Below are positions 17,743-27,848 of a stretch of DNA of 64,000 nt, piece after piece (position 1 is the stretch's first letter; each line of letters starts with the position of its first letter). Source of the stretch: Candidatus Obscuribacteraceae bacterium (GTDB lineage Bacteria; Cyanobacteriota; Vampirovibrionia; Obscuribacterales; Obscuribacteraceae); assembly GCA_044226015.1 (NCBI GenBank), contig JBGAHS010000001.1:576001-640000 (forward strand), written 5' to 3'. Below the pieces are notes generated by a model. The model was not told the DNA's origin. It saw only the letters and a program-made list of their open reading frames with translations, and did not search any database. Position numbers and translations under genes: made by a program.

Positions 17743-20154
17743 ATGATTAATAGTCCTACGAAGTCGGCTGACACATTGACTGATGCAATTGAAGAAGCTA
17801 CAGCTTGTCTTGGTTTTCTTTATCCACTAAGCAATTTCATTGCATGTAATTCTCTGAAAGGATTTGAGGATCTGCCCTTCCACGCTGCTATGAGGGCTGC
17901 CAGGGAACTCTTCGGATGTCGCGGATTCCTGCCCCTTGCAGATTTCAGAGCCATGTATGAGTCGGGGCGAATTTCTCCTGCTAACTTGCAGCTGGCTTTC
18001 CACAAAAACCAGCGTGCAAAAGCAATTACTCCAAGCTATTCAAAACGACAATTTTGTATCGCTGAATTGTTGGATAAGAACGCAGGTACAGATATCGTAG
18101 AGACGATCAACAAGCAAATGATCAAATGGTGTAACGCCTATTTGGATAGTACTCAAGCTCAGAATAAGCCTCACGTAAATGGCGGTTTCTTCATGTTCTG
18201 GAAAAATCTGGCGAGATACGACTTTTCTTTGATCTTCAAGCAAGTTCCCTATTCTTCTGAAGTTATTGATTATTTGCCTGAGAACTCAGAAGATGCGCTT
18301 GATGGTTTGCTCTCAGAGTTGGAGTTAAAGAAAGAGCAAATCGCAGCGTATTTGACTCGCCATGCTGTTCACTTGCCCGGAATTACGAGCCACCTGAAGT
18401 GGCGCGACAAGGAAGGCATTGAACCTGGAATTCTCACTGACTATCTGGCTATTCGACTTTATTATGAAAAGATACTGAGCCAGTCTATTAGCCGCAAACT
18501 TTATCGTAGTGTTGATCTGGCTCTTGTTCGCTCACTTTTAGAGGCAGAACTTGGTGAGGAAGTTGAAGAGTCAGAGGACTATGGACCCGTTTGGCTTGAA
18601 GCATACGAACTGAATTTCCGAGACAAGTTGCTCGCTTCTCTCAAACCAAAAGACGACAGCACCCAGGAGTCCAAAGACTGTCAATTAGTGTTTTGTATAG
18701 ATGTTCGCTCTGAACCTGTTCGAAGAGAACTAGAAGGAACGAATAAATATTCGACTTTCGGATTCGCGGGTTTCTTTGGTATGGCGATGCAATTGACCGA
18801 ACTTGGCAGCAAATTGCCGCTCGATCTCTGCCCTGCGTTGATCAAACCTGATAAGAAGGTAAGAGAGTATGCCACCGGTGACGGTGCCAGCAAGAAGCTC
18901 GATTGGCAGGCATTGAAGACCTCTGCCTTGCTGCTAAAAAAGCGGCTTAAGTGTGATCTTGCAAGCGCCTTCGGACTTGTCGAATCCATAGGAATATTCT
19001 CGGCGCTGCCGCTTGCGGCAAAGACTTTCTTTCCTGAATTTTCTCTAGGGCTTGTGGACGAACTAGAGCAAAAACATGCGGCGTGCTCGCCAACGAAACT
19101 AGACTGCTCTGCGATATCTGTGAAAGATAGAGTTGCTATGGCTGAAGGGGCTATTAAAGGAATTGGACTCAAGCAGTTCGGGAAACTGATAGTGCTTTGC
19201 GGACACAGAAGTAGTTCAGTGAACAATCCCTTTGCTGCTTCTCTCGACTGTGGTGCTTGTGGTGGCAACGGCGGTGGCGCTAGTGCAAGACTGGCGGCTG
19301 ACATATTGAATGACACTGAGGTCAGGCTCAGGCTTGTAGAGCGTAAGATTCTAATACCATCAGGCACTTTGTTTGTCGCTGCTGAACATGACACCACCAC
19401 TGATGAGTTCACCGTTTTTGAGCCTGTGAAGGTTTCAGTCGAGCAGCTGCGAATTTTGGATGAACTGCGTGATGACCTCGCGATAGTTGGACAGAAAGCT
19501 CGCGCGAAAAGGGAAAAGCTACTTCCAAAAACCTGTTTGCCTAAACTCAATGCGCCAGAAATTCGTGCGAAAGATTGGGCGCAGATTGCTCCTGAGTGGG
19601 GCTTAGTTGGAAACGCTGCCTTTATTGCTGCTCCGCGCTGGGTTTCGAAAGACGCAGACCTTGAGTCTAGAGTCTTTCTGCATTCCTATGAGTGTGATAA
19701 TGACCCCGGCAACAAGGTGCTTGAATTGATAATGACTGCACCGCTTGTGGTGGCGCAGTGGATAAATGCACAGTACTACATGTCTACTGTCGATAATGAA
19801 ACTCTGGGTAGCGGTAGCAAGGTGTTTCATAATGTCGTTGGCGACTTTGGTGTGATGCAGGGTGAGTCTAGTGATTTGAAGATGGGACTTCCCCGGCAGT
19901 CGGTGATGACCGTGGAAGGGATAAGACATGAACCCATGCGCTTGCTTGCGGTAATTAGAGCGAAGTGTTCTTCAATCGATAGCGTTTTGCGGGCTCACCC
20001 AGAAGTCAGAAAACTTGTCGTGAATCAATGGATTCGCCTGGTTGCAATAGAACCTGAAACAGGAGTTTTCTTTGAAGCTGAAGATTGCGAGAAATGGTTC
20101 CCGCTGCATCTAGGGAGTTCACAGGTTGCCGTTGACCTGGCTATGAGCGTGTAG
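17743..20154 (+). CDS. dabA: DabA (DUF2309/UPF0753), beta-carbonic-anhydrase-like subunit of the DAB pump
   Basis: FCIDVRSE, GFAGFFG, CGHRSSSVNNPFAASLDCGACGG, PEWGL, FLHSY, HEPMRL; putative Zn ligands intact; GGAGG before ATG 17743. Confidence 0.92.
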   Translation: MINSPTKSADTLTDAIEEATACLGFLYPLSNFIACNSLKGFEDLPFHAAMRAARELFGCRGFLPLADFRAMYESGRISPANLQLAFHKNQRAKAITPSYSKRQFCIAELLDKNAGTDIVETINKQMIKWCNAYLDSTQAQNKPHVNGGFFMFWKNLARYDFSLIFKQVPYSSEVIDYLPENSEDALDGLLSELELKKEQIAAYLTRHAVHLPGITSHLKWRDKEGIEPGILTDYLAIRLYYEKILSQSISRKLYRSVDLALVRSLLEAELGEEVEESEDYGPVWLEAYELNFRDKLLASLKPKDDSTQESKDCQLVFCIDVRSEPVRRELEGTNKYSTFGFAGFFGMAMQLTELGSKLPLDLCPALIKPDKKVREYATGDGASKKLDWQALKTSALLLKKRLKCDLASAFGLVESIGIFSALPLAAKTFFPEFSLGLVDELEQKHAACSPTKLDCSAISVKDRVAMAEGAIKGIGLKQFGKLIVLCGHRSSSVNNPFAASLDCGACGGNGGGASARLAADILNDTEVRLRLVERKILIPSGTLFVAAEHDTTTDEFTVFEPVKVSVEQLRILDELRDDLAIVGQKARAKREKLLPKTCLPKLNAPEIRAKDWAQIAPEWGLVGNAAFIAAPRWVSKDADLESRVFLHSYECDNDPGNKVLELIMTAPLVVAQWINAQYYMSTVDNETLGSGSKVFHNVVGDFGVMQGESSDLKMGLPRQSVMTVEGIRHEPMRLLAVIRAKCSSIDSVLRAHPEVRKLVVNQWIRLVAIEPETGVFFEAEDCEKWFPLHLGSSQVAVDLAMSV

Positions 20155-20179
20155 GAGGAGCGCTCGGTTTCTGAGACTA

Positions 20180-20207
20180 GCCCGGGGGGGGGGACTTCCT
20201 CCCGGGC
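20180..20207 (+). other. GC-rich hairpin containing a G10 run between dabA and cysD
   Basis: GCCCGGGGGGGGGG-ACTT-CCTCCCGGGC; no U-tract follows. Confidence 0.5.
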
Positions 20208-20212
20208 GATAT

Positions 20213-21031
20213 ATGAGCAGGTTGCTTATGAATAAGGAACTAAAAGAACTAGAGAACGAAAGCATCTTTATCATTCGAGAGGCTTTTGCTAAGGTAAAAG
20301 ATCTCGCTATCTTGTGGTCAATGGGCAAGGACTCTACCGTCTTGCTTCATCTGGTAAGAAAGGCATTCATGGGGCATTGCCCGCTTCCTCTGGTTCATGT
20401 GGACGAAAGCTACGAACCTGAAGAAATGATCAAATGGAGAGATGATTATGTAAAACGTCATGGGCTTCGTTTGATTGTTGGGCAGAACAAGAAAGCCCTG
20501 CAAGAGGGAATGGGACCTGGTAAAGGACGTCTGGTCTGCTGTACCGCTCTCAAGGCAGTTGCACTGCAAGAAACTATTCAAGAGCACGGAATTCAGGGGC
20601 TAATGGTGGGCATCAGACGGGACGAAGAGGGCGCCCGTGGCAAAGAAAGAGTGGTCTCACCCAGAGCCACGAATGGTGAATGGGATTATAAGGACCAGCC
20701 CGCCGAACTGTGGAACTATTACAATTTGCACGTGCCTGGAGATGTGCAATTGAGAATTCATCCTATTTTGCAGTGGACTGAGCTAGCCATTTGGGAGTAC
20801 ATTCAGAGCGAAGCTATCGAAATTATTCCACTGTATTTTTCGCGTAATGGAATGCGTTACCGCAGCCTGGGCTGTGCTCCCTGCACAGGTGCCTTTCCGT
20901 CCAATGCCTCGACTATCGAAGAGATAATTGCTGAGCTTAAGTACACTAGCGTGTCTGAGCGAGCGGGTAGAGCGCAAGATAGTGCCGATACTTACGCCAT
21001 GCAAAAGCTTAGAAAGAAAGGTTTTATGTAA
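20213..21031 (+). CDS. cysD: Sulfate adenylyltransferase subunit 2
   Basis: LENESIFIIREA, LWSMGKDSTV, GIRRDEEGARGKER, RIHPILQWTE, RYRSLGCAPCT, ERAGRAQD. Confidence 0.88.
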   Translation: MSRLLMNKELKELENESIFIIREAFAKVKDLAILWSMGKDSTVLLHLVRKAFMGHCPLPLVHVDESYEPEEMIKWRDDYVKRHGLRLIVGQNKKALQEGMGPGKGRLVCCTALKAVALQETIQEHGIQGLMVGIRRDEEGARGKERVVSPRATNGEWDYKDQPAELWNYYNLHVPGDVQLRIHPILQWTELAIWEYIQSEAIEIIPLYFSRNGMRYRSLGCAPCTGAFPSNASTIEEIIAELKYTSVSERAGRAQDSADTYAMQKLRKKGFM

Positions 21032-21059
21032 TCCTCTTTTATGCCTGAAGGGCACTATT

Positions 21060-21524
21060 CTAGAGCTGCGCTATTATTTTGAGCAGCTCTTCATTCTTAG
21101 GCATGCCATCATGCACGTGCCTTAGTATGCCTTTCTTGTCTATGATGAAAAGTTTGCGTTCTGCATTGCTGCGCCCTTCCCTCAAGGCACCGTAAAGACG
21201 TCCAATCTCGCCTGACTTGTCGCAGATTAGTGGAACCCTCAAATTGTGTTTCTCAGTGAATTTTTGATGGCTTTCCATGCTGTCGCAAGAGGCACCGAAT
21301 ACTGCAGTGTCGTTTGACTCAAACTTGCTAATATCAGCACTGAACGCGCACATTTCTGCTGTACATCCCGGAGTATTGTCTTTCGGGTAAAAAGCTATGA
21401 TGACATTTTGCTTTCCACGAAGTTCTTTCAAATGAAGTGTTCCGATTGGGTAAAGCTCGCTTTTGAAATCAGGCGCCTCTTCGCCTTGTTTTAGTGCAAC
21501 AAGCTTTTCTTGTGGCGATGTCAT
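21060..21524 (-). CDS. bcp: Peroxiredoxin (BCP/PrxQ family)
   Basis: FYPKDNTPGCTAEMCAF. Confidence 0.88.
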   Translation of the reverse strand: MTSPQEKLVALKQGEEAPDFKSELYPIGTLHLKELRGKQNVIIAFYPKDNTPGCTAEMCAFSADISKFESNDTAVFGASCDSMESHQKFTEKHNLRVPLICDKSGEIGRLYGALREGRSNAERKLFIIDKKGILRHVHDGMPKNEELLKIIAQL

Positions 21525-21570
21525 CGTTTTCTCCTTTCTTTTGTTCTACCTGATTTATGTTCTAGCTGAT

Positions 21571-23589
21571 TTACTTGCTTGGTCCGGCTTTGTCCAAAGC
21601 TTCCAGCACTATTTGTTGGTTCAGCGCTTCTGGCAACACTTCAGGGGTTTTGCTTCCAGCCGCGTAAATTACATAAACTGGCACGCCCGATCTTCCAAAT
21701 GAGCGTAAGAGATCGCTTATCTCAGGATCTTGTGCGGTCCAATCTGCTTTCAGCGGCACCACATTAAGTGCTTTGAATTTGTCTCGTACTGGTGCAGTAT
21801 CAATTATGGTGGCTTCGTTTGCTTTACAGGTCAGGCACCATTTTGCCGTGAAGTCGATGAAAACAGTTTTGTTTTCAGAAAGTAATTTATCGAGATCAGC
21901 CTGTGTGTACTTTTGCCATTGAATGCCGTCTTTGGGAGGAGCTTTTGTCAAACCAATCGTAGCTTTTGTGCCCAGAAGTTCTGGAAAAGGCTTAAGGAAA
22001 AACCAGTATCCGCCAAGTGCAAATGCTGCTGCAATTGACCAGACAGTTATGCGCCGTTGCGTTGAAGAACTCAGATTTATAAAGCTACCTACAATCCAAC
22101 TGCAGAGCGAGAGAACTAGCAGAAAGCTCACCGCCGCCACAACAGCATCGGGGTCGACCAGTCCTGTCAGAACTGAAACAAGCCATACTGTTGTCGCAAG
22201 AAGCAGGAACCCGAGCGATTCTTTGAATCGCTCCATCCATGTTCCTGGCTTGGGCATAAACTTCATCCAGTTTGGTTTCAGTGCCAGTACCAGATATGGT
22301 GACGCCATACCTATTGCAATAGCGCTGAATATTGCCAGAATTTCCCACCATGGTTGAGCGAACGCAAAGCCGAGGGCAGTGCCTAGAAAAGGTGCTGTGC
22401 AGGGAGTCGATAGTACTGTCGCCAGAACACCCTTAAAAAATGTTCCTGTCAGACCTTCAGAGCTAGCCAGTTTGTCTATCTCTTTCTGCCCGCCGAGGTC
22501 TATGTAGAATACGCCAAACATTGACAGAGCGAAAACTGTCACAACGCTAGCCATTCCCATGATAAAGATTGGATACTGGAACTGAAAACCCCAGCCTATC
22601 TTTTGTCCTGCACCTTGCAGAGCGATTACAACTCCGCCCAGAGCAAGAAAGGACATCAAAATTCCAGCTGCGAACGTCATTCCGTGCTGAAATACTTTCT
22701 TCGGGTCGTCGCCGGCTTGTTGCACCAGGCTGAAGATTTTGATTGAGATGACAGGCAAAACGCAAGGCATGAAGTTGAGGATAAAGCCGCCTATGAAGGC
22801 AAATCCTAAATATGCAAATAGCCCGCCAGCAGCCTCTTCTGGTTTGTTTTCACTGAGGTTTGTTGAAGCTTGAACCTCAGTGCCCTCTTTTTTTGGGGTG
22901 GCTGCAGCCTTGCCTCCTTCTCCTATTGCTTGGGAAGCCGGTCCATTAAAATTTATTGGCGCAAAGGTTGCGGCATGGTCAGCTTTCGCATCTGCTGCAT
23001 TTGACACTACAGGCAGTGTCAACTTGAGTTCGGCTCCACCGGGAACGCAGGCATCTTTGCACGCGAGCCATTTTACTTTTGCCTTAAATTCCAGTGTTTT
23101 TGCTTCGATATTTGCCGGCACTTCAATTTCGGCTGCCATAGCCGTGTGGTCATTGTATCCGTAAGTGACGATGCCGGAGTCTTCCATTTTGTGTGGGCGC
23201 TCCCACATAAACTCTCCAGCTTTGAATCCTGCTGGCAGCGTCCATTCCACTCGTGTGGGCATTCCAGCTTCGCCGGCTTCCTTATAGTATGTGTGCCAGC
23301 CCGGTTGCATTTTCAGCTCAATTCCAAGCCTGATTTTTTTTCCTGGCACAACAGCAGTGCTATCAGCAATAAGTGCCGCCTGAACCATATTGGTATCTGA
23401 ATCAGCCAGAGCCGGCGCTAGCCCTTGAATGAGATGAGCACTGCCTGGCAAGGCTCCAATATCACGTACTGCTTCGGCCGGAATTTGAGGCGGCGCGAAT
23501 ATGTTTGGAATCGATGGAAAAATGCCCAGAGTCCAGGCTATGGCTATTGCCGCGGCCCATTGACAAGTGCTAAGAGGGGTTCTTCTCAT
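21571..23589 (-). CDS. dsbD: Thiol:disulfide interchange protein, DsbD family
   Basis: N-domain GWHTYYK..GEAG and ACKDACVP; TM domain LNFMPCVLPV and STPCTAPFL; thioredoxin domain FTAKWCLTCK. Confidence 0.88.
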   Translation of the reverse strand: MRRTPLSTCQWAAAIAIAWTLGIFPSIPNIFAPPQIPAEAVRDIGALPGSAHLIQGLAPALADSDTNMVQAALIADSTAVVPGKKIRLGIELKMQPGWHTYYKEAGEAGMPTRVEWTLPAGFKAGEFMWERPHKMEDSGIVTYGYNDHTAMAAEIEVPANIEAKTLEFKAKVKWLACKDACVPGGAELKLTLPVVSNAADAKADHAATFAPINFNGPASQAIGEGGKAAATPKKEGTEVQASTNLSENKPEEAAGGLFAYLGFAFIGGFILNFMPCVLPVISIKIFSLVQQAGDDPKKVFQHGMTFAAGILMSFLALGGVVIALQGAGQKIGWGFQFQYPIFIMGMASVVTVFALSMFGVFYIDLGGQKEIDKLASSEGLTGTFFKGVLATVLSTPCTAPFLGTALGFAFAQPWWEILAIFSAIAIGMASPYLVLALKPNWMKFMPKPGTWMERFKESLGFLLLATTVWLVSVLTGLVDPDAVVAAVSFLLVLSLCSWIVGSFINLSSSTQRRITVWSIAAAFALGGYWFFLKPFPELLGTKATIGLTKAPPKDGIQWQKYTQADLDKLLSENKTVFIDFTAKWCLTCKANEATIIDTAPVRDKFKALNVVPLKADWTAQDPEISDLLRSFGRSGVPVYVIYAAGSKTPEVLPEALNQQIVLEALDKAGPSK

Positions 23590-23666
23590 GAAAACTCCGG
23601 CGAGAATCTACAGCCTAATTATAGAGGCTAAAATGCTTCTCAGCATGAAAAGGATGCAGTTGGAAA

Positions 23667-25262
23667 CTAACTTTGAATTCTCACAAAGTTTGCCGCCAGC
23701 GCGTTTTGCTGCGCGACCCGTTTGTAAATAAGTGCGCTCTTTCGCAAGGTTCGTTTTAGAGTCGGATAGGAGACTCTCACCAGCCCGAATCTTGCGCGAA
23801 GACCTTCCGCCCATTCAAAGTTATCGAGCAGCGACCAGTGTAGGTATCCTTTTACATTGGCACCATCTGTGATGGCTCTGTACAGTGACTCCAGGTGTGA
23901 TACCAGATAGCGTATGCGACCAGAATCTTCAAGTGACCAATCACCTTCAGTCAGGTCTGCTTCGTACATGTTGGCATGACCGTTTTCGGTGATGTAGATG
24001 TCACGTTCTTTTCCGCTTGCATCAAATCTGTATGGCTTAAGCTCATGCACAAGCAAGTTATACAGACCCTGAGGGTATGACTCCCAGCCCAAGCCGGAAA
24101 GCTCATTCTCTGCGATTTCTGATTTGGTACCGAATATATCTATTGGCCATTTCCATTCAAACTGGCAAAATTGACGGGTGTAGTAGTTGATGCCTATGAA
24201 ATCCATGCTTCCAGCCAACCCCGGAAGGTCGCCGCTGAGGTCTTTCAGTCGCGGGTCCATGTTTGCAGGCCAGGGCCAGGCGAGTCGACCAGAATGCATG
24301 GCTGACATAAAACAATGGTTGAATACCGTATCGCGCATGTAGCGGGTGAGATGATCCATCGGGTTGAACTTATTTCTTGGTGAGAAGCTCATCCAATGAT
24401 GTGTGACGCTGACCCTTGCCTCAGGGGATTCTTCGTGAATTGCTTTGTAAGCCAGTGCATGTCCTCTGAGCATATTGCGAAGGCAATCAAATCCCTTTAA
24501 GTAATTGTGCTCATAACCTGGTGGCCAGACGGCAGCGATGTAACCCTGGTAAACGTAAGCCAGCGGCTCGTTCAGCGTTAACCAGAAGTCCACATATTCG
24601 CCCAATTCACGTGCTGCAAATTTGGCAAAACGTTCAAACTCGGTTATGGTCAGTTCGTTGTTCCAACCTCCAATATCCGCCAACCAGCTCGGTAGACAGA
24701 AGTGAAAGAGCGTGACAAAGGTTTTGAATCCCTTCGCTTTGAGTAGCTTAAGCATGTCTCTGTAGGTGTTAAGCGTCTCATCATCAGCTCTGTATTCGTG
24801 ATTGGGACCTGGGCACATTGCTGGCCAGTTAAGGCTCAAGCGGAAGCTATTCAGATTCATTTCTTCGCAGAGTTCAATGTCTTGCTTATAGCGAGCGAAG
24901 AATTCACAGGCTTTGTCGGCTGTTGAGCGGTCAAGTATGCGCCCCTCTTCTTCCGTCCATTTTGCCCAATCAGACATTCGATTGTTTATTTCTTCAGGAT
25001 GCCCTTCAACTTGAAAGTGTGATGTGGCAACACCCCAGAGGAAGCCTTCCGGGAATTTGAAATCGTTTTTGTTTTTGTCCACTGCCGAACTCTCTATGAG
25101 CTGATCTTCCAACTGCTTTTCGAAAGCCACGGAGAGGCTATGCTCGATTGATAGAGCTTCGGCTTTCTGCTGTTCAAAAATTTGAACCGATTCTAAATGA
25201 GTCTGGTTCTCATTTTTCATTACTTTTTCGCTTGCTAGTAAAGGATCTTGATTGTTGGACAT
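23667..25262 (-). CDS. Glycoside hydrolase family 1 (beta-glucosidase-like)
   Basis: FPEGFLWGVATSHFQVEG, TLNEP and ITENG catalytic motifs, WSLLDNFEWAEG. Confidence 0.93.
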   Translation of the reverse strand: MSNNQDPLLASEKVMKNENQTHLESVQIFEQQKAEALSIEHSLSVAFEKQLEDQLIESSAVDKNKNDFKFPEGFLWGVATSHFQVEGHPEEINNRMSDWAKWTEEEGRILDRSTADKACEFFARYKQDIELCEEMNLNSFRLSLNWPAMCPGPNHEYRADDETLNTYRDMLKLLKAKGFKTFVTLFHFCLPSWLADIGGWNNELTITEFERFAKFAARELGEYVDFWLTLNEPLAYVYQGYIAAVWPPGYEHNYLKGFDCLRNMLRGHALAYKAIHEESPEARVSVTHHWMSFSPRNKFNPMDHLTRYMRDTVFNHCFMSAMHSGRLAWPWPANMDPRLKDLSGDLPGLAGSMDFIGINYYTRQFCQFEWKWPIDIFGTKSEIAENELSGLGWESYPQGLYNLLVHELKPYRFDASGKERDIYITENGHANMYEADLTEGDWSLEDSGRIRYLVSHLESLYRAITDGANVKGYLHWSLLDNFEWAEGLRARFGLVRVSYPTLKRTLRKSALIYKRVAQQNALAANFVRIQS

Positions 25263-25343
25263 TGCAATCTTTGAATCGATGGTGATAAAAGGGTCCTGAT
25301 AGAAGCGTACTGTTGGGGCTATAATTGAGCCTTAAAGTCTGAA

Positions 25344-27845
25344 ATGGGACTAAGATTCTTATGGAATCCTATTGTCATCTTACTACTGATCATTTCTTTT
25401 TATCAACGTAGTATGACGCAAACGACAGATGTAAATTCCTTTTCGGACGCTCAAGACCCGGATGGACATTCTTTGACTTCGACAAGTTCACTCCCAAGCG
25501 AAGCGACAGCGGCGACAGTCCCAAAATCGACGCTAGCTCTCAATTTTGCAGCCTATGCCATTCTAATTTTTCTTAATTTGCTTTGCTACTTGCGGACAGT
25601 CGGTGCCTACTACCTTGCTGACGATTTTGTCCATGTGGCTTATCTAGCTGATGTCTTCAATAACCATTTCTATCGTTTGTTGGAGAACTTCACGGGAAAC
25701 TGGATGCATGCCTGGGGAACGCAATTTTATCGCCCTCTAATATCAATAAGTCTGGCGATAGATTATGGACTCGGCTCTGGTGACGCCCTTCCCTTTCACA
25801 TATCAAATACTGTTTATCATGTCTTAAGCAGCTGCTTTCTCTTCTTGTTTGTAAGAAGGCTGCTATGCGAATTCAGCCCTATGCGAGCATATTTCGCGGC
25901 ATTGTTCAGCGCGATTTTCTTTGCCGTCTGCCCCTTGCACACCGAGGTGGTCAGCTGGGTTATTGGGCGTGTCGATGGACTCTGTCATGTATTTTTCATG
26001 GCTTCGCTTTATCTTTTCCTGAGACATAAGCAAGATGGCGTGAAATGGGCGCAGGTTCTAGGTCCTCTTGCTTTTGCAATGAGCTTGATGTGCAAAGAAA
26101 TGGCCGCGACTCTGCCACCGCTGCTGGTGCTTCTGGGCTTTGTGGCTTCTGCACAGGGTTCTTTAACGCAGCTGCTAAAGAATTCCATTAAAGATAGCCT
26201 GAGCTATTGGGGCGTTTTACTTGCATATCTGGGCGTGCGCGTTTTAGCCCTCGGTACTTTTTCGGGAGGATACGGCGGTTCTGTAGGGGAGGGCTTGAGC
26301 AATGCTTCATGGACAGAGAGATTTCGAAGTGCAAGCAAAATTTTTATGCCGTTCAATGGTGAAATTATTTCGCCCTTCGACTCACTTTCAAAGTCTCTAG
26401 TCTCCCTCTATAAGGCATCTGCTGTATTTCTTCTGCTGCGAACTCTACTATTACCCTGGCAAGTTCGCGAATTGAAAGTAATCGCATTTTGCATCGGCTG
26501 GTTTGTTCTCTCGCTGCTGCCAACCTATTCTGTCTTCAATATCAGTGATAGTCTTATGTGCAGTCGATTCGCTTATTTTGCAACTGCACCGTTCTGTACC
26601 TTTCTCGCTATTATTTTATTTCCTTTCTGGCAAGCTCCAAAGCGCAGTTTTCTTAAGACTTTTGAGCCCTGGTTAGCTCGCTTTTCAGTCGCCTTGCTTG
26701 TCTGTTTCTCTCTGGTTTTCTGTGGAACTACCATAAAGAACAACAAGCCCTGGGCTGATGCTGGAAAGCAACTACGTGCTTTCAGAGCCGCTGTCGCAGG
26801 TTGCTTTGTCGCAGCTAACCCTCCTGAAAAAATTGCGCTTCTAAATATTCCACATCGGTTGGAAGGCGCTCATATGATTTACAACGGAGCTATGCTCTGG
26901 GTGCTTTTGAGTGAGCCGCTTACTAAGCCGTCCGTCGCGGACAGAGTGCTGAATTTCGAACCACCTACTTATGGCGACCCTGAGCTGATAAATGTAAGTC
27001 GACTGCGACGCATCGTCAAGGCTGACAAGTTTCCAGTCAAATATTGGGATGCCGATAAGAAGAGCCTATTTGAGCTAAAGCTCGACCCACAGCCAAAGGA
27101 AATTAGCTTCGACCTTTCGACAATGAATACGTTGTTGGGTAAACAATCTGGTGATTCACTGAATTTAGAGTCACCAAAGATGGATTTGAACAGCGCTGCT
27201 GCTGATTTCGTGACCTGCACTCTCCGCTTTGAAAAAAACGAATCTGCAAAAGGTTTTGTGACCTTGTACTGGTCTTCTCGTCTCTACCCTTCTTATTCAA
27301 TTAAACGGTCGCTGAGTCTTGCGGTGAACTACGATGGACTTGAGCATGAATACGCATTTCCTGTGTCGGAAAGAAAAGCTTGGATTGCTGGCGAAACAAT
27401 TAACGGTTTGATGCTTCAAGTTCCGAACGCTGCCGGGTCAAAAGTTGAATCTGTTGGGAAGATGAATGTACTGTCCGCGCGATCAATTATGCCAATACTT
27501 GAGCCGCAAGATATGGCTCTTGGAGTAGATGGAATTGATCGAATGAGCGGAACTCGCTTTCAAATTCGTTGTGATGCCAGGCAGATTCCCGCATGCCAGA
27601 GTATTCGGTTGGAGCTTTCAAAGCCAAATTCATGGTTCGAACACTACTCCGGTACTTTGCGAGACAAAACTCTGTCAGAGCAATGTCTTGCAAAATTCAC
27701 AAAAGTGGGGCAGCAGGCAAAATTTGAATTTACCCGACAGGATTTCCCTCAGTCGGCATATTACGAGTTGAGAGCCTTTGCTCTCGATAAGCAAGGCAAG
27801 CCGATTGGAATCTGTTCTGACCCCATCAATTTACAAATTGACTAA
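25344..27845 (+). CDS. Polytopic GT-C-like membrane glycosyltransferase with a C-terminal soluble domain (paralogue A)
   Basis: YYLADDF acidic loop after TM1, FYRPL, PLHTEVVSWVIGR, CKE; start may be ATG 25413. Confidence 0.65.
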   Translation: MGLRFLWNPIVILLLIISFYQRSMTQTTDVNSFSDAQDPDGHSLTSTSSLPSEATAATVPKSTLALNFAAYAILIFLNLLCYLRTVGAYYLADDFVHVAYLADVFNNHFYRLLENFTGNWMHAWGTQFYRPLISISLAIDYGLGSGDALPFHISNTVYHVLSSCFLFLFVRRLLCEFSPMRAYFAALFSAIFFAVCPLHTEVVSWVIGRVDGLCHVFFMASLYLFLRHKQDGVKWAQVLGPLAFAMSLMCKEMAATLPPLLVLLGFVASAQGSLTQLLKNSIKDSLSYWGVLLAYLGVRVLALGTFSGGYGGSVGEGLSNASWTERFRSASKIFMPFNGEIISPFDSLSKSLVSLYKASAVFLLLRTLLLPWQVRELKVIAFCIGWFVLSLLPTYSVFNISDSLMCSRFAYFATAPFCTFLAIILFPFWQAPKRSFLKTFEPWLARFSVALLVCFSLVFCGTTIKNNKPWADAGKQLRAFRAAVAGCFVAANPPEKIALLNIPHRLEGAHMIYNGAMLWVLLSEPLTKPSVADRVLNFEPPTYGDPELINVSRLRRIVKADKFPVKYWDADKKSLFELKLDPQPKEISFDLSTMNTLLGKQSGDSLNLESPKMDLNSAAADFVTCTLRFEKNESAKGFVTLYWSSRLYPSYSIKRSLSLAVNYDGLEHEYAFPVSERKAWIAGETINGLMLQVPNAAGSKVESVGKMNVLSARSIMPILEPQDMALGVDGIDRMSGTRFQIRCDARQIPACQSIRLELSKPNSWFEHYSGTLRDKTLSEQCLAKFTKVGQQAKFEFTRQDFPQSAYYELRAFALDKQGKPIGICSDPINLQID

Positions 27846-27848
27846 ACC

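Noticed and set aside
18681..19550. 289-aa antisense ORF inside dabA (and similar shadow ORFs throughout the window)
   Set aside because: Antisense shadow of a well-supported gene with no independent motifs.
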